A stretch of DNA of 64,000 nt from Treponemataceae bacterium (GCA_963677895.2 CAXXGJ010000018.1:520057-584056); one strand, 5' to 3'; shown: positions 38,211 to 48,867, numbered from the stretch's first letter. Translations and numbers: made by a program. Notes: generated by a model from the letters alone, not told the origin.

Positions 38211-39617
38211 ATGGACTTTTCCTGGAAAGTAATCATCGATGCCGGACTCATTTCATCCGCCCTGATCGTGGCGACTTTCATACGCTCCAAGGTAAGGTTT
38301 TTCCAGAAATACCTCATTCCCAACGCGCTCACCGCCGGATTCATTCTCCTCCCCGTCTACAATTTCGTGCTCCCCGCCGTTGGATATAAGATGAATGGAT
38401 TGGGAGACCTTGTTTATCATCTTCTCAATATCTCCTTCATATCCATGTCTCTGCGTTCCTCTCCTCCCAAGGTAAAAGGGCATTCAGGCGGCGGCGTTCT
38501 GGGCATGTCCACGGGCATTCTCATGGGATATGCCTCGCAGGCCCTGCTGGGGCTTGGCCTTACGCTGCTCTTCCTGCCCAAGATCCACCCCGCTTTCGGG
38601 CTACATCTTCCCCTCGGCTTCGCCCTCGGACCGGGCCAGGCTTACGCCATCGGAAAGGGCTGGGAAGCCATGGGATTCGAGGGCGGAGCCTCCGTGGGGC
38701 TCACCTTCGCCGCTTTCGGCTATCTCTGGGCTTGCTTCGGAGGCGTCGTCCTCATCAACATGGGCATCAAGAAGGGCTGGATAAGCGCCGAGATGCTAGC
38801 CTTCATGCGCGATAAGGAACTCCTGACCGGCATCATGACGAAGGATAAGGAGAAGCCAGTCGGCGGCCGTCTCACCACCGATACGAGCGCCATCGATTCC
38901 TTGAGCTTCCATATCGCGGCCGTATGCGTCGTCTACTTCCTCTCCTTCCTTCTTCTGAAAACGCTCTCCTTTTTCCTCGGCTTCGCGGGAAAGACTGGCG
39001 CCGAACTCGCCACCAACTTCTGGGGGATCAACTTCATATTTTCCGCGCTGGTCGCCATTATCGTGAGGAGAGTCATAGACATATTGAAGCTGGGCTATAT
39101 CCTGGATGACGATACCCTCACGAGGGTTTCCGGCTTCTCCGTCGACTTCATGGTCGCCGGCGCCCTCGCGGCGATTTCGCTCGTTTTTGTCGGCCAATAT
39201 TGGTTCCCCATCATCGTGATGACGACCATCTGCGGTCTCATGATAACGATATCGGTGCCATGGATGAGCTCGCGGATGTTCAACGATTATAAGTTTGAAA
39301 GGATGCTGATGCTCTATGGCGTCTCTACGGGCACGCTTTCGACCGGACTCGCGCTGTTGAGAGTCATGGATCCGGAGTTCAAGACAAAGGTATCGTCGGA
39401 CTACATGCTCTCCGCCGGCCTCACCTTCATCTTCGCCATACCCTTCATCCTCTGCATCAACTTGCCGGCTAAGGCCTTCGTGACAGGCGACATGTCATAT
39501 TACTGGCTGATGATGGGAGTGGCGGCGATCTATATGCTCTATGTCCTCGGTTCGTATGTCTATCTGGCAAAAAAGAAGAGCTTCGCCAAACCCGGCCAGC
39601 TTTGGTTCAAAGGCTAA
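38211..39617 (+). CDS. Sodium:glutamate symporter family protein
   Basis: FALGPGQA, GVSTGT...LLRVMDP, many TM helices. Confidence 0.8.
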   Translation: MDFSWKVIIDAGLISSALIVATFIRSKVRFFQKYLIPNALTAGFILLPVYNFVLPAVGYKMNGLGDLVYHLLNISFISMSLRSSPPKVKGHSGGGVLGMSTGILMGYASQALLGLGLTLLFLPKIHPAFGLHLPLGFALGPGQAYAIGKGWEAMGFEGGASVGLTFAAFGYLWACFGGVVLINMGIKKGWISAEMLAFMRDKELLTGIMTKDKEKPVGGRLTTDTSAIDSLSFHIAAVCVVYFLSFLLLKTLSFFLGFAGKTGAELATNFWGINFIFSALVAIIVRRVIDILKLGYILDDDTLTRVSGFSVDFMVAGALAAISLVFVGQYWFPIIVMTTICGLMITISVPWMSSRMFNDYKFERMLMLYGVSTGTLSTGLALLRVMDPEFKTKVSSDYMLSAGLTFIFAIPFILCINLPAKAFVTGDMSYYWLMMGVAAIYMLYVLGSYVYLAKKKSFAKPGQLWFKG

Positions 39618-39635
39618 ATACCTAGGGCATTTAGT

Positions 39636-39670
39636 CCGACCTCCGCGTGGAAATATCCACGCGGAGGTCG
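39636..39670. terminator. Hairpin between convergent genes
   Basis: CGACCTCCGCGTGGA-aata-TCCACGCGGAGGTCG. Confidence 0.6.
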
Positions 39671-39680
39671 AATCCCGTAG

Positions 39681-40955
39681 TCAGTCCTGTTTTGCGCGAA
39701 GCGCGATCAGCAGTTCCAGGGCCATCGCGTACTTGTACCCCGAAACGGTCTTGTCGTCGAATCGGGCGCGGTAGACCATCATTCCCACATAGAACTCGAA
39801 AAAATTCCACTTGAGGACGCCGGGTCGCTCTATCTCCCCAATCCCGAAGGAAATGGCTTCGCCTCTTTCCGGCCGCAAGGTCAGGCCGTCGGAGCTGAGC
39901 GTGAGCCTGCCATAACCCAGGCTTTCCATTTTGTCCATGCGCTTGCCGCGCAGGAGCCGTACTTTTTCGTCGGAAAAAATCGCGCGGCCGGGCGCCGGGG
40001 CAAAATCCCGCCCGAGCAGGGTGCCGAGATAAGCCTTCTGCCAGCCATCCCACTCGCGCAGGGAAGGGAAGAGAATTCCGTCGCCGCCGCCATCCATGGT
40101 TTCGCAGACCGGTTTTCCGATATTTCCGGGCGCGGCCGATCGAAAGCTCCCGTCCTCTCCGTATTCGGCGGCGAATCCGCAGGCAGAACAGGAGATGAGG
40201 TTGCCCTCGGACTTCATAGTCTGGAGTTTTCCGCAGGCAGGACAGGCGTAGACCGCCAGATCGACGCGTTCCGCCCGCTTCGCGCTGCTGAAGCGCAGTC
40301 CGCGTTTTTTTGCCCATGCGGGATCGTCGTGATATATCGCTTTATTCAGCATTTCATCGATTTCCGCCACGCTCAGTCGTTTGATGCTGAGCGGGTCAAG
40401 CAGCTGGGTGAATTCGATCTCCATCTCGCCTTTTCGCTTTCTGTATGACCAGCGGGGCTTTGTCATGAAGGCGCCCCTGGAGACGGCGCAGATGACGGGC
40501 ACCTTGAGCAGCTTGACCAGTTTCGCCGTCGATACGAGGGAGGGCAGGGATGTCCCGTCCCAGGTAGCTTGGCCCTCCGGATAAAAGCCGACCACGCTTT
40601 TTCTCTTTCTGATGAATTCGACGATCCAGTTCACGGTTTCGATGTCGGGGATGGCCTTCGATTTGGGGATGGATCCGACCAGTTTTATCAGCAGAAAGCG
40701 CATCAGGGGAGAGCGGAGGTTGCCGTCGCTCGTTACCCAATGGACGGGATGGGGTACGAAGTAATTCGTGAGGATGGGATCCATGTTGCAGGAATGGTTG
40801 CCGACGAGGATGAAGGGAGGTTTCACGGTATCGAAGATTTCGCGCCCGATGGCGTGGGCGTGGTACGTCCCCGCTAGGTAGGCTGCCACTGTATGCCGGA
40901 GGATCCAGGTTGAGAACCGAGTGCTGGTGGGGCGATATCGCCGTGCGTTGATCAT
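39681..40955 (-). CDS. Lysophospholipid acyltransferase with Zn-ribbon extension
   Basis: NHSCNMD, YPEG, CPAC...CSAC. Confidence 0.85.
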   Translation of the reverse strand: MINARRYRPTSTRFSTWILRHTVAAYLAGTYHAHAIGREIFDTVKPPFILVGNHSCNMDPILTNYFVPHPVHWVTSDGNLRSPLMRFLLIKLVGSIPKSKAIPDIETVNWIVEFIRKRKSVVGFYPEGQATWDGTSLPSLVSTAKLVKLLKVPVICAVSRGAFMTKPRWSYRKRKGEMEIEFTQLLDPLSIKRLSVAEIDEMLNKAIYHDDPAWAKKRGLRFSSAKRAERVDLAVYACPACGKLQTMKSEGNLISCSACGFAAEYGEDGSFRSAAPGNIGKPVCETMDGGGDGILFPSLREWDGWQKAYLGTLLGRDFAPAPGRAIFSDEKVRLLRGKRMDKMESLGYGRLTLSSDGLTLRPERGEAISFGIGEIERPGVLKWNFFEFYVGMMVYRARFDDKTVSGYKYAMALELLIALRAKQD

Positions 40956-41095
40956 GTTACCCTCTCGTCCTGGAGCAAGTATGGGAGAAAAAAGCATCGG
41001 CCGCAACCGGGGGCGCGACCGGCGCCCGCGATCAGTCTACCCTCATTTGACTGTCGGGGCTCTTTTCATTATTGTAGCTCAACAAAGCAGGAATT

Positions 41096-41689
41096 ATGGA
41101 TTTTGACAAAATACTGCGCCAGTGGGACGAAAGTCAGAAACAGGGCGCCCAGAAGAAGAAAGCCGAGCAGGGTCCGGGTAAAAAAGCCAACGCCCCGGCG
41201 GTGGAAGAAAAGTACTCCCAGAAGGCCGGAGCTTCGGTACCCCCAAAGCAGCAGTCCCCGCGCGGCGCTCCCAAGCAGGTGAACGCCGACGATTATCTCA
41301 ACCATTGGATGACGATACACGGGGTTCCCGACAAGGATGAACGAGGCGATCCCGGGGAAAACGACAAGACGGCGCGCATCGAGGAAGCCGAGCGTCTGCG
41401 GCGCATGCATCCGCAGGCTGTTCTCGATCTCCATGGCAAGACGGCCGCCGAGGCCGATGCCTCAATAGTGGATTTTCTGCTGGCCAGCCGCAATTCGGGA
41501 CTGGAAAAAGTGCTCATCATTCATGGCAAGGGTCTTCATTCAACCGGCGAACCTGTCATGGCCGATGTGGTGAGAAGGGCTCTGGAGACGAACAGTCTCT
41601 CGGGAAGTTTCGGACCCGCCGACCGCAGTCAGGGAGGGCGGGGTGCGACATGGGTGAGAATCAGAAAGCGGGATTATTTTTCTCGATAG
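41096..41689 (+). CDS. Smr/MutS2 C-terminal domain protein
   Basis: LDLHG, IIHGKG, GGRGAT. Confidence 0.9.
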   Translation: MDFDKILRQWDESQKQGAQKKKAEQGPGKKANAPAVEEKYSQKAGASVPPKQQSPRGAPKQVNADDYLNHWMTIHGVPDKDERGDPGENDKTARIEEAERLRRMHPQAVLDLHGKTAAEADASIVDFLLASRNSGLEKVLIIHGKGLHSTGEPVMADVVRRALETNSLSGSFGPADRSQGGRGATWVRIRKRDYFSR

Positions 41690-41892
41690 ATGATTCTGCC
41701 TCGGGAAAGATCATAGGGCGAGAGCCCGACGCGGACCTTGTCTCCCGGGACAATGCGGATATAGTGTTTTCTCATTTTGCCTGAAAGGTGGGCGAGAATG
41801 ATGTGGCCGTTCTGCAGCTCGACCCTGAACATTGTGTTTGGGAGGGCTTCTCGAACGATTCCCTCTACCTCTATGGCTTCTTCTTTCGCCAC
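41674..41892 (-). CDS. infA: Translation initiation factor IF-1
   Basis: (M)[10 protein letters not shown]...[19 protein letters not shown]...GRIIYR, GTG start, RBS AGGAG. Confidence 0.97.
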   Translation of the reverse strand: MAKEEAIEVEGIVREALPNTMFRVELQNGHIILAHLSGKMRKHYIRIVPGDKVRVGLSPYDLSRGRIIYREK

Positions 41893-42101
41893 GTCGACTC
41901 CTTGGATTGGTGGGCCTTCAATTTTTCGGATTGGTACTTGCGCCCAGTAAATATATGAAATAGTATGTACCGCCGAGACGAATGTCAACATGCGCGGGAG
42001 CGCGCGGTGCATACGACTTGACATTTTACGCTATATGATGCATTGTGCGCATCCAAAATTACAGAACCGGCGTTGAAAAATGCCTTGTTCGGGGGAGTCT
42101 G

Positions 42102-42458
42102 ATGGAAACAACCTTTACCGAACAGATGCGGGAATTGCTCATTCTGCAGAAGCGCGAGATCCTCGAGGCCCTCGCCGCCACAAATGAAGAATTCCGGGCT
42201 ATCGTCGCGGAGATGGATCCCAAGGATGTAGCCGATGTCGCGTCCGATGATATCGACAGAAAGATGATCGAGGCGCTCGGCTCCCAGGATATCAAGAGGC
42301 TCAAGGCCATAGACGCGGCGCTCACGCGCATAAGTCAGGGGCGATACGGGCTTTGCATGGCCTGCGGCAAGAAAATACCCCAGGAAAGGCTCGGGGCTAT
42401 CCCCTACGCCGTCCTCTGCATAGACTGCCAGAAGAGCGAGGAGCGACGGAACCGCTGA
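42102..42458 (+). CDS. dksA: DksA/TraR-family C4 zinc-finger protein
   Basis: DVADVA, YGLCMACG...RL...LCIDC. Confidence 0.85.
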   Translation: METTFTEQMRELLILQKREILEALAATNEEFRAIVAEMDPKDVADVASDDIDRKMIEALGSQDIKRLKAIDAALTRISQGRYGLCMACGKKIPQERLGAIPYAVLCIDCQKSEERRNR

Positions 42459-42494
42459 CAACGAGATTGTTGGCTGATCTAAAATGAATTTATG

Positions 42495-42521
42495 CGGGGC
42501 AGCGGAAGCTGCCCCGTTTTT
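42495..42521 (+). terminator. Rho-independent terminator
   Basis: CGGGGCAGC-ggaa-GCTGCCCCG-TTTTT. Confidence 0.75.
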
Positions 42522-43395
42522 ATATCTTCACCCCTCGACTGGTATTTCCGGCCTCGTCTATCCCGATTTCCCGCCACAGGCGGTCGGCGTCCATATACCA
42601 GAGACTCTCATAGCCGGCTTCCCTGGCCGCGCCTATGGCGACGGCCTGATATCGGCCGAGATGCGCCGGCGCATGCGCGTCGTCGCCCAGGGTCAGCCTC
42701 AGGCCTTTTTCGCGCATGTGTCTCAGGATGGCCATGGATGGGTAGGGCGAGTCGATCTTTCCCCTGGCCAGGCCTCCGGTGTTGATCTCCGCCACGCGAT
42801 CCAGTTCGGATGCCCTGTCGACGGCGGCAAAGGCGGCGGCCAGATAATCGGCGGCCCGCTCGTCGAACCATCTTCCTTTCGCGTTGTTTTTCTTCACGAG
42901 ATCGAAATGTCCCAGAATGTCGAAACCGCCTTTTTCGATCATGGCGATCAGGTTTTCATAATATTGTTTCCACACGAGCGACGCGTCTCCCCCGAGGCCG
43001 GCTACATGGCGCGCGAAATCCTCCTCGGGCTCGTCGACGGTAAACTCGTCCTCGGCCAGGCCGGTGAGGAAATGTACGGAACCCAGGCGAAAATCGGGGT
43101 CGATGACGTCATAGGCTCCGTCTCCGGGAGAAACGATGTCCCGGATGTAGTCGATTTCCAGGCCGAGGAGAATGGTCATGCCGCGGGGCTTCCAGAGCGA
43201 GGCGAGCGATCGTATCGACGCGGCGTAGTCGCCGATGGATCGCCACTTCATGTTCCATGAGGTTTCGAAGGGCAGGGGGGCATGGGAGGAAAATCCCAGG
43301 ATCGAATAGCCGGTCTCGAACGCCGCTTCGGCCATGGTCTCGGCCTTCGATGTCCCGTCGCAGAATTCCGTGTGCGTGTGGTAACTGAACAGCAT
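42520..43395 (-). CDS. PHP-family histidinol-phosphatase
   Basis: YHTHTEFCDG, GLEID, GHFD, EINT, DDAH. Confidence 0.85.
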   Translation of the reverse strand: MLFSYHTHTEFCDGTSKAETMAEAAFETGYSILGFSSHAPLPFETSWNMKWRSIGDYAASIRSLASLWKPRGMTILLGLEIDYIRDIVSPGDGAYDVIDPDFRLGSVHFLTGLAEDEFTVDEPEEDFARHVAGLGGDASLVWKQYYENLIAMIEKGGFDILGHFDLVKKNNAKGRWFDERAADYLAAAFAAVDRASELDRVAEINTGGLARGKIDSPYPSMAILRHMREKGLRLTLGDDAHAPAHLGRYQAVAIGAAREAGYESLWYMDADRLWREIGIDEAGNTSRGVKI

Positions 43396-43497
43396 GGCTT
43401 ACTATAACGGATAGGCGGCGGAGCGCGCCAGCCGGGTTCGAGTCGGCGCGGCCCAGGCGCTTGACTGTCCGCTCGCGCGACCTCTACTATTGAGCCA

Positions 43498-44613
43498 ATG
43501 GAACAGGAAAAGCCTTTCGACGCAGCTGCCTCCGATTCGGCGCGGATCGGAGAGAGTTTCAAGAATCTGGTGAAGGCGCTTCCCGATATAGTCTACGTCC
43601 TCGATCCTTCCGGCTATTTCGTCTATCTGAACGAAGCGGTGCGCAGTCTCGGCTATGAGCCGGAATCGCTCATAGGCAGGCACTTTACCGAGATCATCCA
43701 CGAAGATGACCGGCTCAAGGTATCCCGCGACGCCGTTCTCGCCAAGATCCGCACGCAGGAGGCCTTTCCGGAGACGCCTCCCAAGCTTTTCGACGAACGC
43801 CGCTCGGGTCAGCGAATGACAAGGGAACTCGAGGTAAGGCTCATCGACGGTAAAAACGGGGAAATCGTCTATGCTTCGGTCAATGCCTATGGCGAACCGG
43901 TGGCCGACCCCGTTCTTCACTCGCTTTTCAAGACCGATGGTCCGGTTACGATGGGCGTCATCCATGACGTCACGGCCGCCATGCTCTACCGGAAAAGCCT
44001 CGAGGAAAACCTCGCCTCGAAGGAAATCCTCCTCAAGGAAATCCACAACCGCGTCCGCGACAATCTGCAGATGATCTCGAGCCTGGCCCACCTGCGCGAG
44101 ATGGACGTCCACGAGGAAAGCGCGAAGCGGTCCCTTTCCGAGCTCATCGCCCAGATCAAATCCATCGCCATCGTCCACGAAGCGCTCTATCAAGCCGAAA
44201 ATGTCTCGGGCGTCTCGGCGCGGCACTATTTCGAGCACTTTGCCCGCCTCATGGTGCAGTCCTATGGTCACATCGGTTCTCCCGTCACGCTGAAGGTAAA
44301 CGCCGACGATTGTCTTCTCGACGCGGGAAGGCTTTCCTGCATGGCGGTGATCGCCAGCGAGTTCGTATCGAACGCGTACCGCAACGCTTTTCAGGATGGC
44401 CGGGCGGGCACGATCACCATAACCTATCACCGTCTGCCCGAAAGCGATGAACTTGCCGTCATGGACGACGGAAAGGAGCCTTCCCCCGACCAAGACACAG
44501 GATCCGGGCTAGGTACTGAAATTGTGGAAGCGCTGGCGAAGCAGCTTGGCGGGCGGATAGAAAGAGAGTCCGCGGGCGGCACGTCCATGAAACTGATAAT
44601 GTCGCTGCCATGA
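43498..44613 (+). CDS. PAS-domain HisKA_2-type sensor kinase
   Basis: PAS domain; EIHNRVRDNLQ, EFVSNA, DDG, GLG. Confidence 0.85.
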   Translation: MEQEKPFDAAASDSARIGESFKNLVKALPDIVYVLDPSGYFVYLNEAVRSLGYEPESLIGRHFTEIIHEDDRLKVSRDAVLAKIRTQEAFPETPPKLFDERRSGQRMTRELEVRLIDGKNGEIVYASVNAYGEPVADPVLHSLFKTDGPVTMGVIHDVTAAMLYRKSLEENLASKEILLKEIHNRVRDNLQMISSLAHLREMDVHEESAKRSLSELIAQIKSIAIVHEALYQAENVSGVSARHYFEHFARLMVQSYGHIGSPVTLKVNADDCLLDAGRLSCMAVIASEFVSNAYRNAFQDGRAGTITITYHRLPESDELAVMDDGKEPSPDQDTGSGLGTEIVEALAKQLGGRIERESAGGTSMKLIMSLP

Positions 44614-44721
44614 GAAGAGCTTTTTAATTTTTCTGTATATAATAGTTATATTATATATAACATTCAGGTATTTCCCCCGCGGACCAGAGGGGAAGACCGA
44701 GGATCCAAGGAGTCGAAAGGC

Positions 44722-45657
44722 ATGGACGCCAGCTACGAATTGATCATCATTGGAGCGGGAGTGGCCGGATTGACGGCAGCCCAATATGGGGCCCGCGCGA
44801 ATCTCAAAACGCTCGTCATCGAGGAAATGGCGCCCGGTGGGCAGGTTCTGCTCATCGACCAACTGGAAAACTATCCCGGCATCAAGGAACCGGTTTCAGG
44901 CTACGATCTCTCGGAGACGATGAGGATGCAGGCCGAAGGTTTCGGCGCCGAATTCGTCACGACATCGGTGGAAAAGGTCGAAAAGTCAAGCATGGGATTT
45001 TCCGTGACGACCTCCGACGGAATTTTCAAGGCCGAGGCGGCCATCATCGCCACCGGCGCGAAGCATCGCCGGCTCGATATTCCCGGCGAGGAAGCCTTCA
45101 TAGGCAGGGGTGTCTCCTACTGCGCCACCTGCGACGGTCCCTTCTTCAAAGGGAAGAAGATACTCGTAGTGGGCGGCGGCGACTCAGCCTGTGACGAAGC
45201 CATGTACCTCGCCAAGCTGTCGAACAGGATCGTCATGATCCATCGCAAGGATCGCTTCAGGGCGCAGAAGGCTCTAGCCGAGCGCGTTCTGGACAACCCG
45301 AACGTACAGGTTGTTTTCAATACGGTGGCTCTCGAGATTCGCGGAACCAAGAAAGTGGAATCGGTCCTGCTGAAGGACGTGGTGAGCGGAGAAACGCGCG
45401 AGGAAGCCTTCGACGCGGTTTTCGTCTTCGTGGGTTCCGACCCGAACACCGCCTTCCTTCCTGACATAGCCAAGGATGAAACCCGTTACATCATCACCGA
45501 CGAGAAGATGGCCACGAGCCTGCCCGGTCTCTTCGCCGCCGGCGATGTGCGCGTTTCGCCCTTCAGGCAGATCGTGACGGCTTGTTCCGACGGGGCCGTG
45601 GCCGCCCATGCGGCATCCCAATACATAGACGAGACGAGGGGGGCGGCATATCGCTAG
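44722..45657 (+). CDS. trxB: Thioredoxin reductase
   Basis: GAGVAG, CATCDG, GGGDSA, FAAGD. Confidence 0.95.
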   Translation: MDASYELIIIGAGVAGLTAAQYGARANLKTLVIEEMAPGGQVLLIDQLENYPGIKEPVSGYDLSETMRMQAEGFGAEFVTTSVEKVEKSSMGFSVTTSDGIFKAEAAIIATGAKHRRLDIPGEEAFIGRGVSYCATCDGPFFKGKKILVVGGGDSACDEAMYLAKLSNRIVMIHRKDRFRAQKALAERVLDNPNVQVVFNTVALEIRGTKKVESVLLKDVVSGETREEAFDAVFVFVGSDPNTAFLPDIAKDETRYIITDEKMATSLPGLFAAGDVRVSPFRQIVTACSDGAVAAHAASQYIDETRGAAYR

Positions 45658-47437
45658 AAAACCGGAGCCGGGGCGGGCGGGGAGAGGCGGATACGGAACG
45701 AAGGTTGGATCAGTCATCCTGTTCGCCTTCGTTTTCGCCCCCCTCGTTTTCGCCGCGCCGGGCTCCGCCGCGACGAGTTTTGCCGCGAACCCGACCCCGC
45801 GCGATTTCTGGCGCGAGCCCGATGTTTCGGGCTATCCTGCCTTTCTGCAGGAAAAGTGGGCTTCCTATCTGGTCGAGGCCTATCTGGGATCGATGACCGA
45901 CGAGGAAATTCTGTCCCAGGTCCTCATGGTGGGGTATTCGGGCATGGTACCCTCGGCCTCTCTTCTGCGCTGGGTGGAAACCTGGGGCATCGGCGGCGTC
46001 AAGATTTTCGGATGGAACGCCGAGGACACCACGGCGCTTGCCGACGCCATCGCGGTAATCCAGAAAAGGGCCCTCGCTCGTCCCTCCTCCCTTCCGGTCC
46101 TCGTCGCCACCGACCAGGAAGGCGGCTGGATTCGCCACGTGAAGGGAGAAACCTCGGAATCGCCGGGTAATATGGCCATCGGCGCCACCGCCTCGGTCCG
46201 CGACGCATATCTGGCCGGTTTCCATATCGGAAAGGAACTGAGGATTCTCGGCATCACCATGAATTTCGCCCCCGATGTGGACGTCGCGACCAATCCCGAC
46301 AGCGTGATCATCGGACCGAGGGCTTTTTCGGACGATCCTGCCCTCGTGGCGAAATTGGGGCTTGCCTACGCGCGCGGCTCTCTCGCCGCTGGCGTCATAC
46401 CTACGGCCAAGCACTATCCGGGGCACGGCGCCACGTCCAAGGACTCCCACGGCTCGCTGCCCGTCATAGACGTCGACGAAAGCACCTTTCTGCGCCGGGA
46501 ACTGGCTCCTTTCGCGAGCCTTGTCCGCGACGGAATTCCCGCCATAATGAGCGGCCACCTGGCTTTTCCCAAGATTACAGGCGGTTTCGAGCCGGCCTCG
46601 CTCTCGAAATCCCTGATAACCGACTACCTGCGCGGCAGGCTGGGGTACAAAGGTCTTGTCATCACCGATGATCTCTATATGGCGGGAGCCCTTGGGGAGG
46701 GCTCCATTTTGGGCACCTGCATCCAGGCGCTGATGGCGGGAAACGACATGATTCTGCTCTCGGCCGCCCCCGATCTGGATGGAGCTTTGTGGAAGGGCCT
46801 TCTCGCCAAATATAGGGGTGATGAAGCCTTCAGGAAAAGGGCGAGAGAGGCGGCGGGGCGCGGAATCGCCCTCAAGCTGAGGCATCTGCGGCCCCTGGGA
46901 GAGAAAGCGCTCGTGCCCGACTCCAGGGCGGTGGCCAGGCTTCTTCCCGATCCCGAAGCGCAGGTCTTTTTCAGGGACTTGGCCAGGCGCAGCGTTTCCC
47001 TCGTGGGGAAGGGCGAGCTGCCTTTCCTTCCCGAGAAAAAAGTCATGATCGCCGGACCTTTTTCCGCGTTCAACACGATCGGGAAGAAGAAATACCCCAA
47101 TTCCACCTCCTATCAGTTTTCGTACAGGCCCGAAAACACCGCGTCCAAGGCCGAGCTGGACGATTTCAGGGCGGCGATATCCGGCTGCGAAGCCGCCATC
47201 GTCTGCGTAGCGAACGCGGCGGGACTGCAGTTCGCCAGCGCCGCCCACGACGCGGGCCTCAAGGTAGCGATCATATCCGTGCTCTCGCCCGTCAATGTAA
47301 GGCATTCCTCCTGGGCTCAGGCTATCGTGGCCGTCTACCACTACGCGCCCGTCTGTCTGGAGGCCGGTTTCGACGCCCTTCTCGGGGAAATCCCGGCGGG
47401 AGGTCATGTGCCCCTGTCGGCGAAGGCGCTGCGATAG
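45650..47437 (+). CDS. nagZ: GH3 beta-N-acetylhexosaminidase; start uncertain (first ATG at 45893)
   Basis: DQEGG, KHYPGHG...DSH, ITDDL; frame stays open upstream to 45629 and contains a signal peptide. Confidence 0.8.
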   Translation: MARKPEPGRAGRGGYGTKVGSVILFAFVFAPLVFAAPGSAATSFAANPTPRDFWREPDVSGYPAFLQEKWASYLVEAYLGSMTDEEILSQVLMVGYSGMVPSASLLRWVETWGIGGVKIFGWNAEDTTALADAIAVIQKRALARPSSLPVLVATDQEGGWIRHVKGETSESPGNMAIGATASVRDAYLAGFHIGKELRILGITMNFAPDVDVATNPDSVIIGPRAFSDDPALVAKLGLAYARGSLAAGVIPTAKHYPGHGATSKDSHGSLPVIDVDESTFLRRELAPFASLVRDGIPAIMSGHLAFPKITGGFEPASLSKSLITDYLRGRLGYKGLVITDDLYMAGALGEGSILGTCIQALMAGNDMILLSAAPDLDGALWKGLLAKYRGDEAFRKRAREAAGRGIALKLRHLRPLGEKALVPDSRAVARLLPDPEAQVFFRDLARRSVSLVGKGELPFLPEKKVMIAGPFSAFNTIGKKKYPNSTSYQFSYRPENTASKAELDDFRAAISGCEAAIVCVANAAGLQFASAAHDAGLKVAIISVLSPVNVRHSSWAQAIVAVYHYAPVCLEAGFDALLGEIPAGGHVPLSAKALR

Positions 47438-47454
47438 CCATGAGGCCGGATTGA

Positions 47455-48054
47455 ATGAGTCGCGTTTTGCGTGAAGCGGACCTGCTAGGATTCGATTTTC
47501 CGCCGCAGCGGGAAATCTGCGGCATCGACGAGGCCGGCAGGGGACCTTTGGCCGGCCCCGTCTGCGCCGCGGCCGTCCTGCTCCCCGCGGATTTCGCCTT
47601 CGGATTGCTGGACGATTCCAAGGCATTGAGTCCCGCTAAAAGGATTAGAGCCTACGAAGCCATCGTGTCGGGAGCTCTCGATTGGGCGGTGGGTTGGGCG
47701 ACCTGGGAGGAAATCGGGCGTCTGAACATTCTCAACGCCAGCCTTTTGGCGATGAAACGCGCCTTCGATGCCCTCGTTCTCGAACCGAAAATGGTTTTCG
47801 TGGACGGCAACAAGGCGCCTTCCCTGGGCTGTCCGGTATTTCCGCTCATAAAGGGCGACAGTCTTCTTCCCTCGATCATGGCCGCGTCCATTCTGGCCAA
47901 GGTCGCGCGGGACAGGCTCATGGCGAGGCTGGACGCCATAGAGCCGCAGTACGGTTTCGCGCGGCACAAAGGCTATCCCACGAAGGCGCACCGCGAGGCC
48001 ATAAAAAAAACCGGGCTCTCGCTCTGGGCGAGACCCGGTTTCAGGGTTGAATGA
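47455..48054 (+). CDS. rnhB: Ribonuclease HII
   Basis: GIDEAGRGPLAGP, DSK, AASILAKV, KGYPT. Confidence 0.95.
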   Translation: MSRVLREADLLGFDFPPQREICGIDEAGRGPLAGPVCAAAVLLPADFAFGLLDDSKALSPAKRIRAYEAIVSGALDWAVGWATWEEIGRLNILNASLLAMKRAFDALVLEPKMVFVDGNKAPSLGCPVFPLIKGDSLLPSIMAASILAKVARDRLMARLDAIEPQYGFARHKGYPTKAHREAIKKTGLSLWARPGFRVE

Positions 48055-48069
48055 TAGGTCGGACGGAGA

Positions 48070-48786
48070 TCAGTCCGTCGGGCCGGATTTTTTCACTTTG
48101 CGCACGACGATGCGCTTGACCGGCTTGTCCGCGCCGCGGGAACCCGTCGCGGGGCCTTTGCTGCCCGGGCGTTCGGTGTATCGTCCCGCCGAGGACAAGG
48201 GCTTGCCCGATGAGGCGCCCGAGCGGCCGGAAGGGGCGCCCGAACGGGGCGAAGCGGTGAATGTGCGGCCAGCGGAAGCGCCCGTGCGGGGCGAGGCGGT
48301 GAAGGTACGGCCGGCTGGAGCGCCCGTCCTTTCGGAAGGGGAACTGGTCCTGCCGGAGGGGCCGCCCGCGCGCACCACGGCTCTTCTCGCCGGTTTATGA
48401 TCCGAATCGCCATGTTCGCGGTAGGATGAAGATCTGCCTTCGCGGGGGCTGTCAAACTCGCGGCGCGGCCTGGATTCCGAACTCCTGCGCGCGGGGCGCT
48501 TGCCTTCGTCCTCGTCGTCCGAACGATTGTAAGCGGTCGGATCCGGGGCTACCTTGATGCCTGTCTTGTCTATGAATTTAAGCGCCGATTGGAGGGACTT
48601 CAGGAATTCCTCCATATGCTCGCCGAACACCACGATGGAACGCCTGTCGAAGCTTTCACCTTCGCTGGGCTTGCTCTCGACGATGCTCAGGAACACGTCG
48701 CCGTTCCTGTTCTGTTTGACGTTGAAAAAATACGTCCTGCCATCGCAGGCGAATCTCGTCGAAAAAAGCTCTCCGCGAATACCCAT
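48070..48786 (-). CDS. PUR-like (DUF3276) nucleic-acid-binding protein with low-complexity tail
   Basis: RTYFFNVKQNRNGDVFLSIVESK...RRSIVVF; Arg/Ser/Gly-rich tail. Confidence 0.8.
   Translation of the reverse strand: MGIRGELFSTRFACDGRTYFFNVKQNRNGDVFLSIVESKPSEGESFDRRSIVVFGEHMEEFLKSLQSALKFIDKTGIKVAPDPTAYNRSDDEDEGKRPARRSSESRPRREFDSPREGRSSSYREHGDSDHKPARRAVVRAGGPSGRTSSPSERTGAPAGRTFTASPRTGASAGRTFTASPRSGAPSGRSGASSGKPLSSAGRYTERPGSKGPATGSRGADKPVKRIVVRKVKKSGPTD
48236..48327. repeat. In-frame 42-bp tandem repeat, about 2.2 copies
   Basis: Encodes GA[PS]AGRTFTASPR[TS]. Confidence 0.8.
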
Positions 48787-48867
48787 CCCTAACTCCTCTT
48801 GTAAGCAGCGTTCCATACTACACGAAAGTCCGGGTTTTGCACAAGCCGCGAAGCCTTCGCGGGCTTC

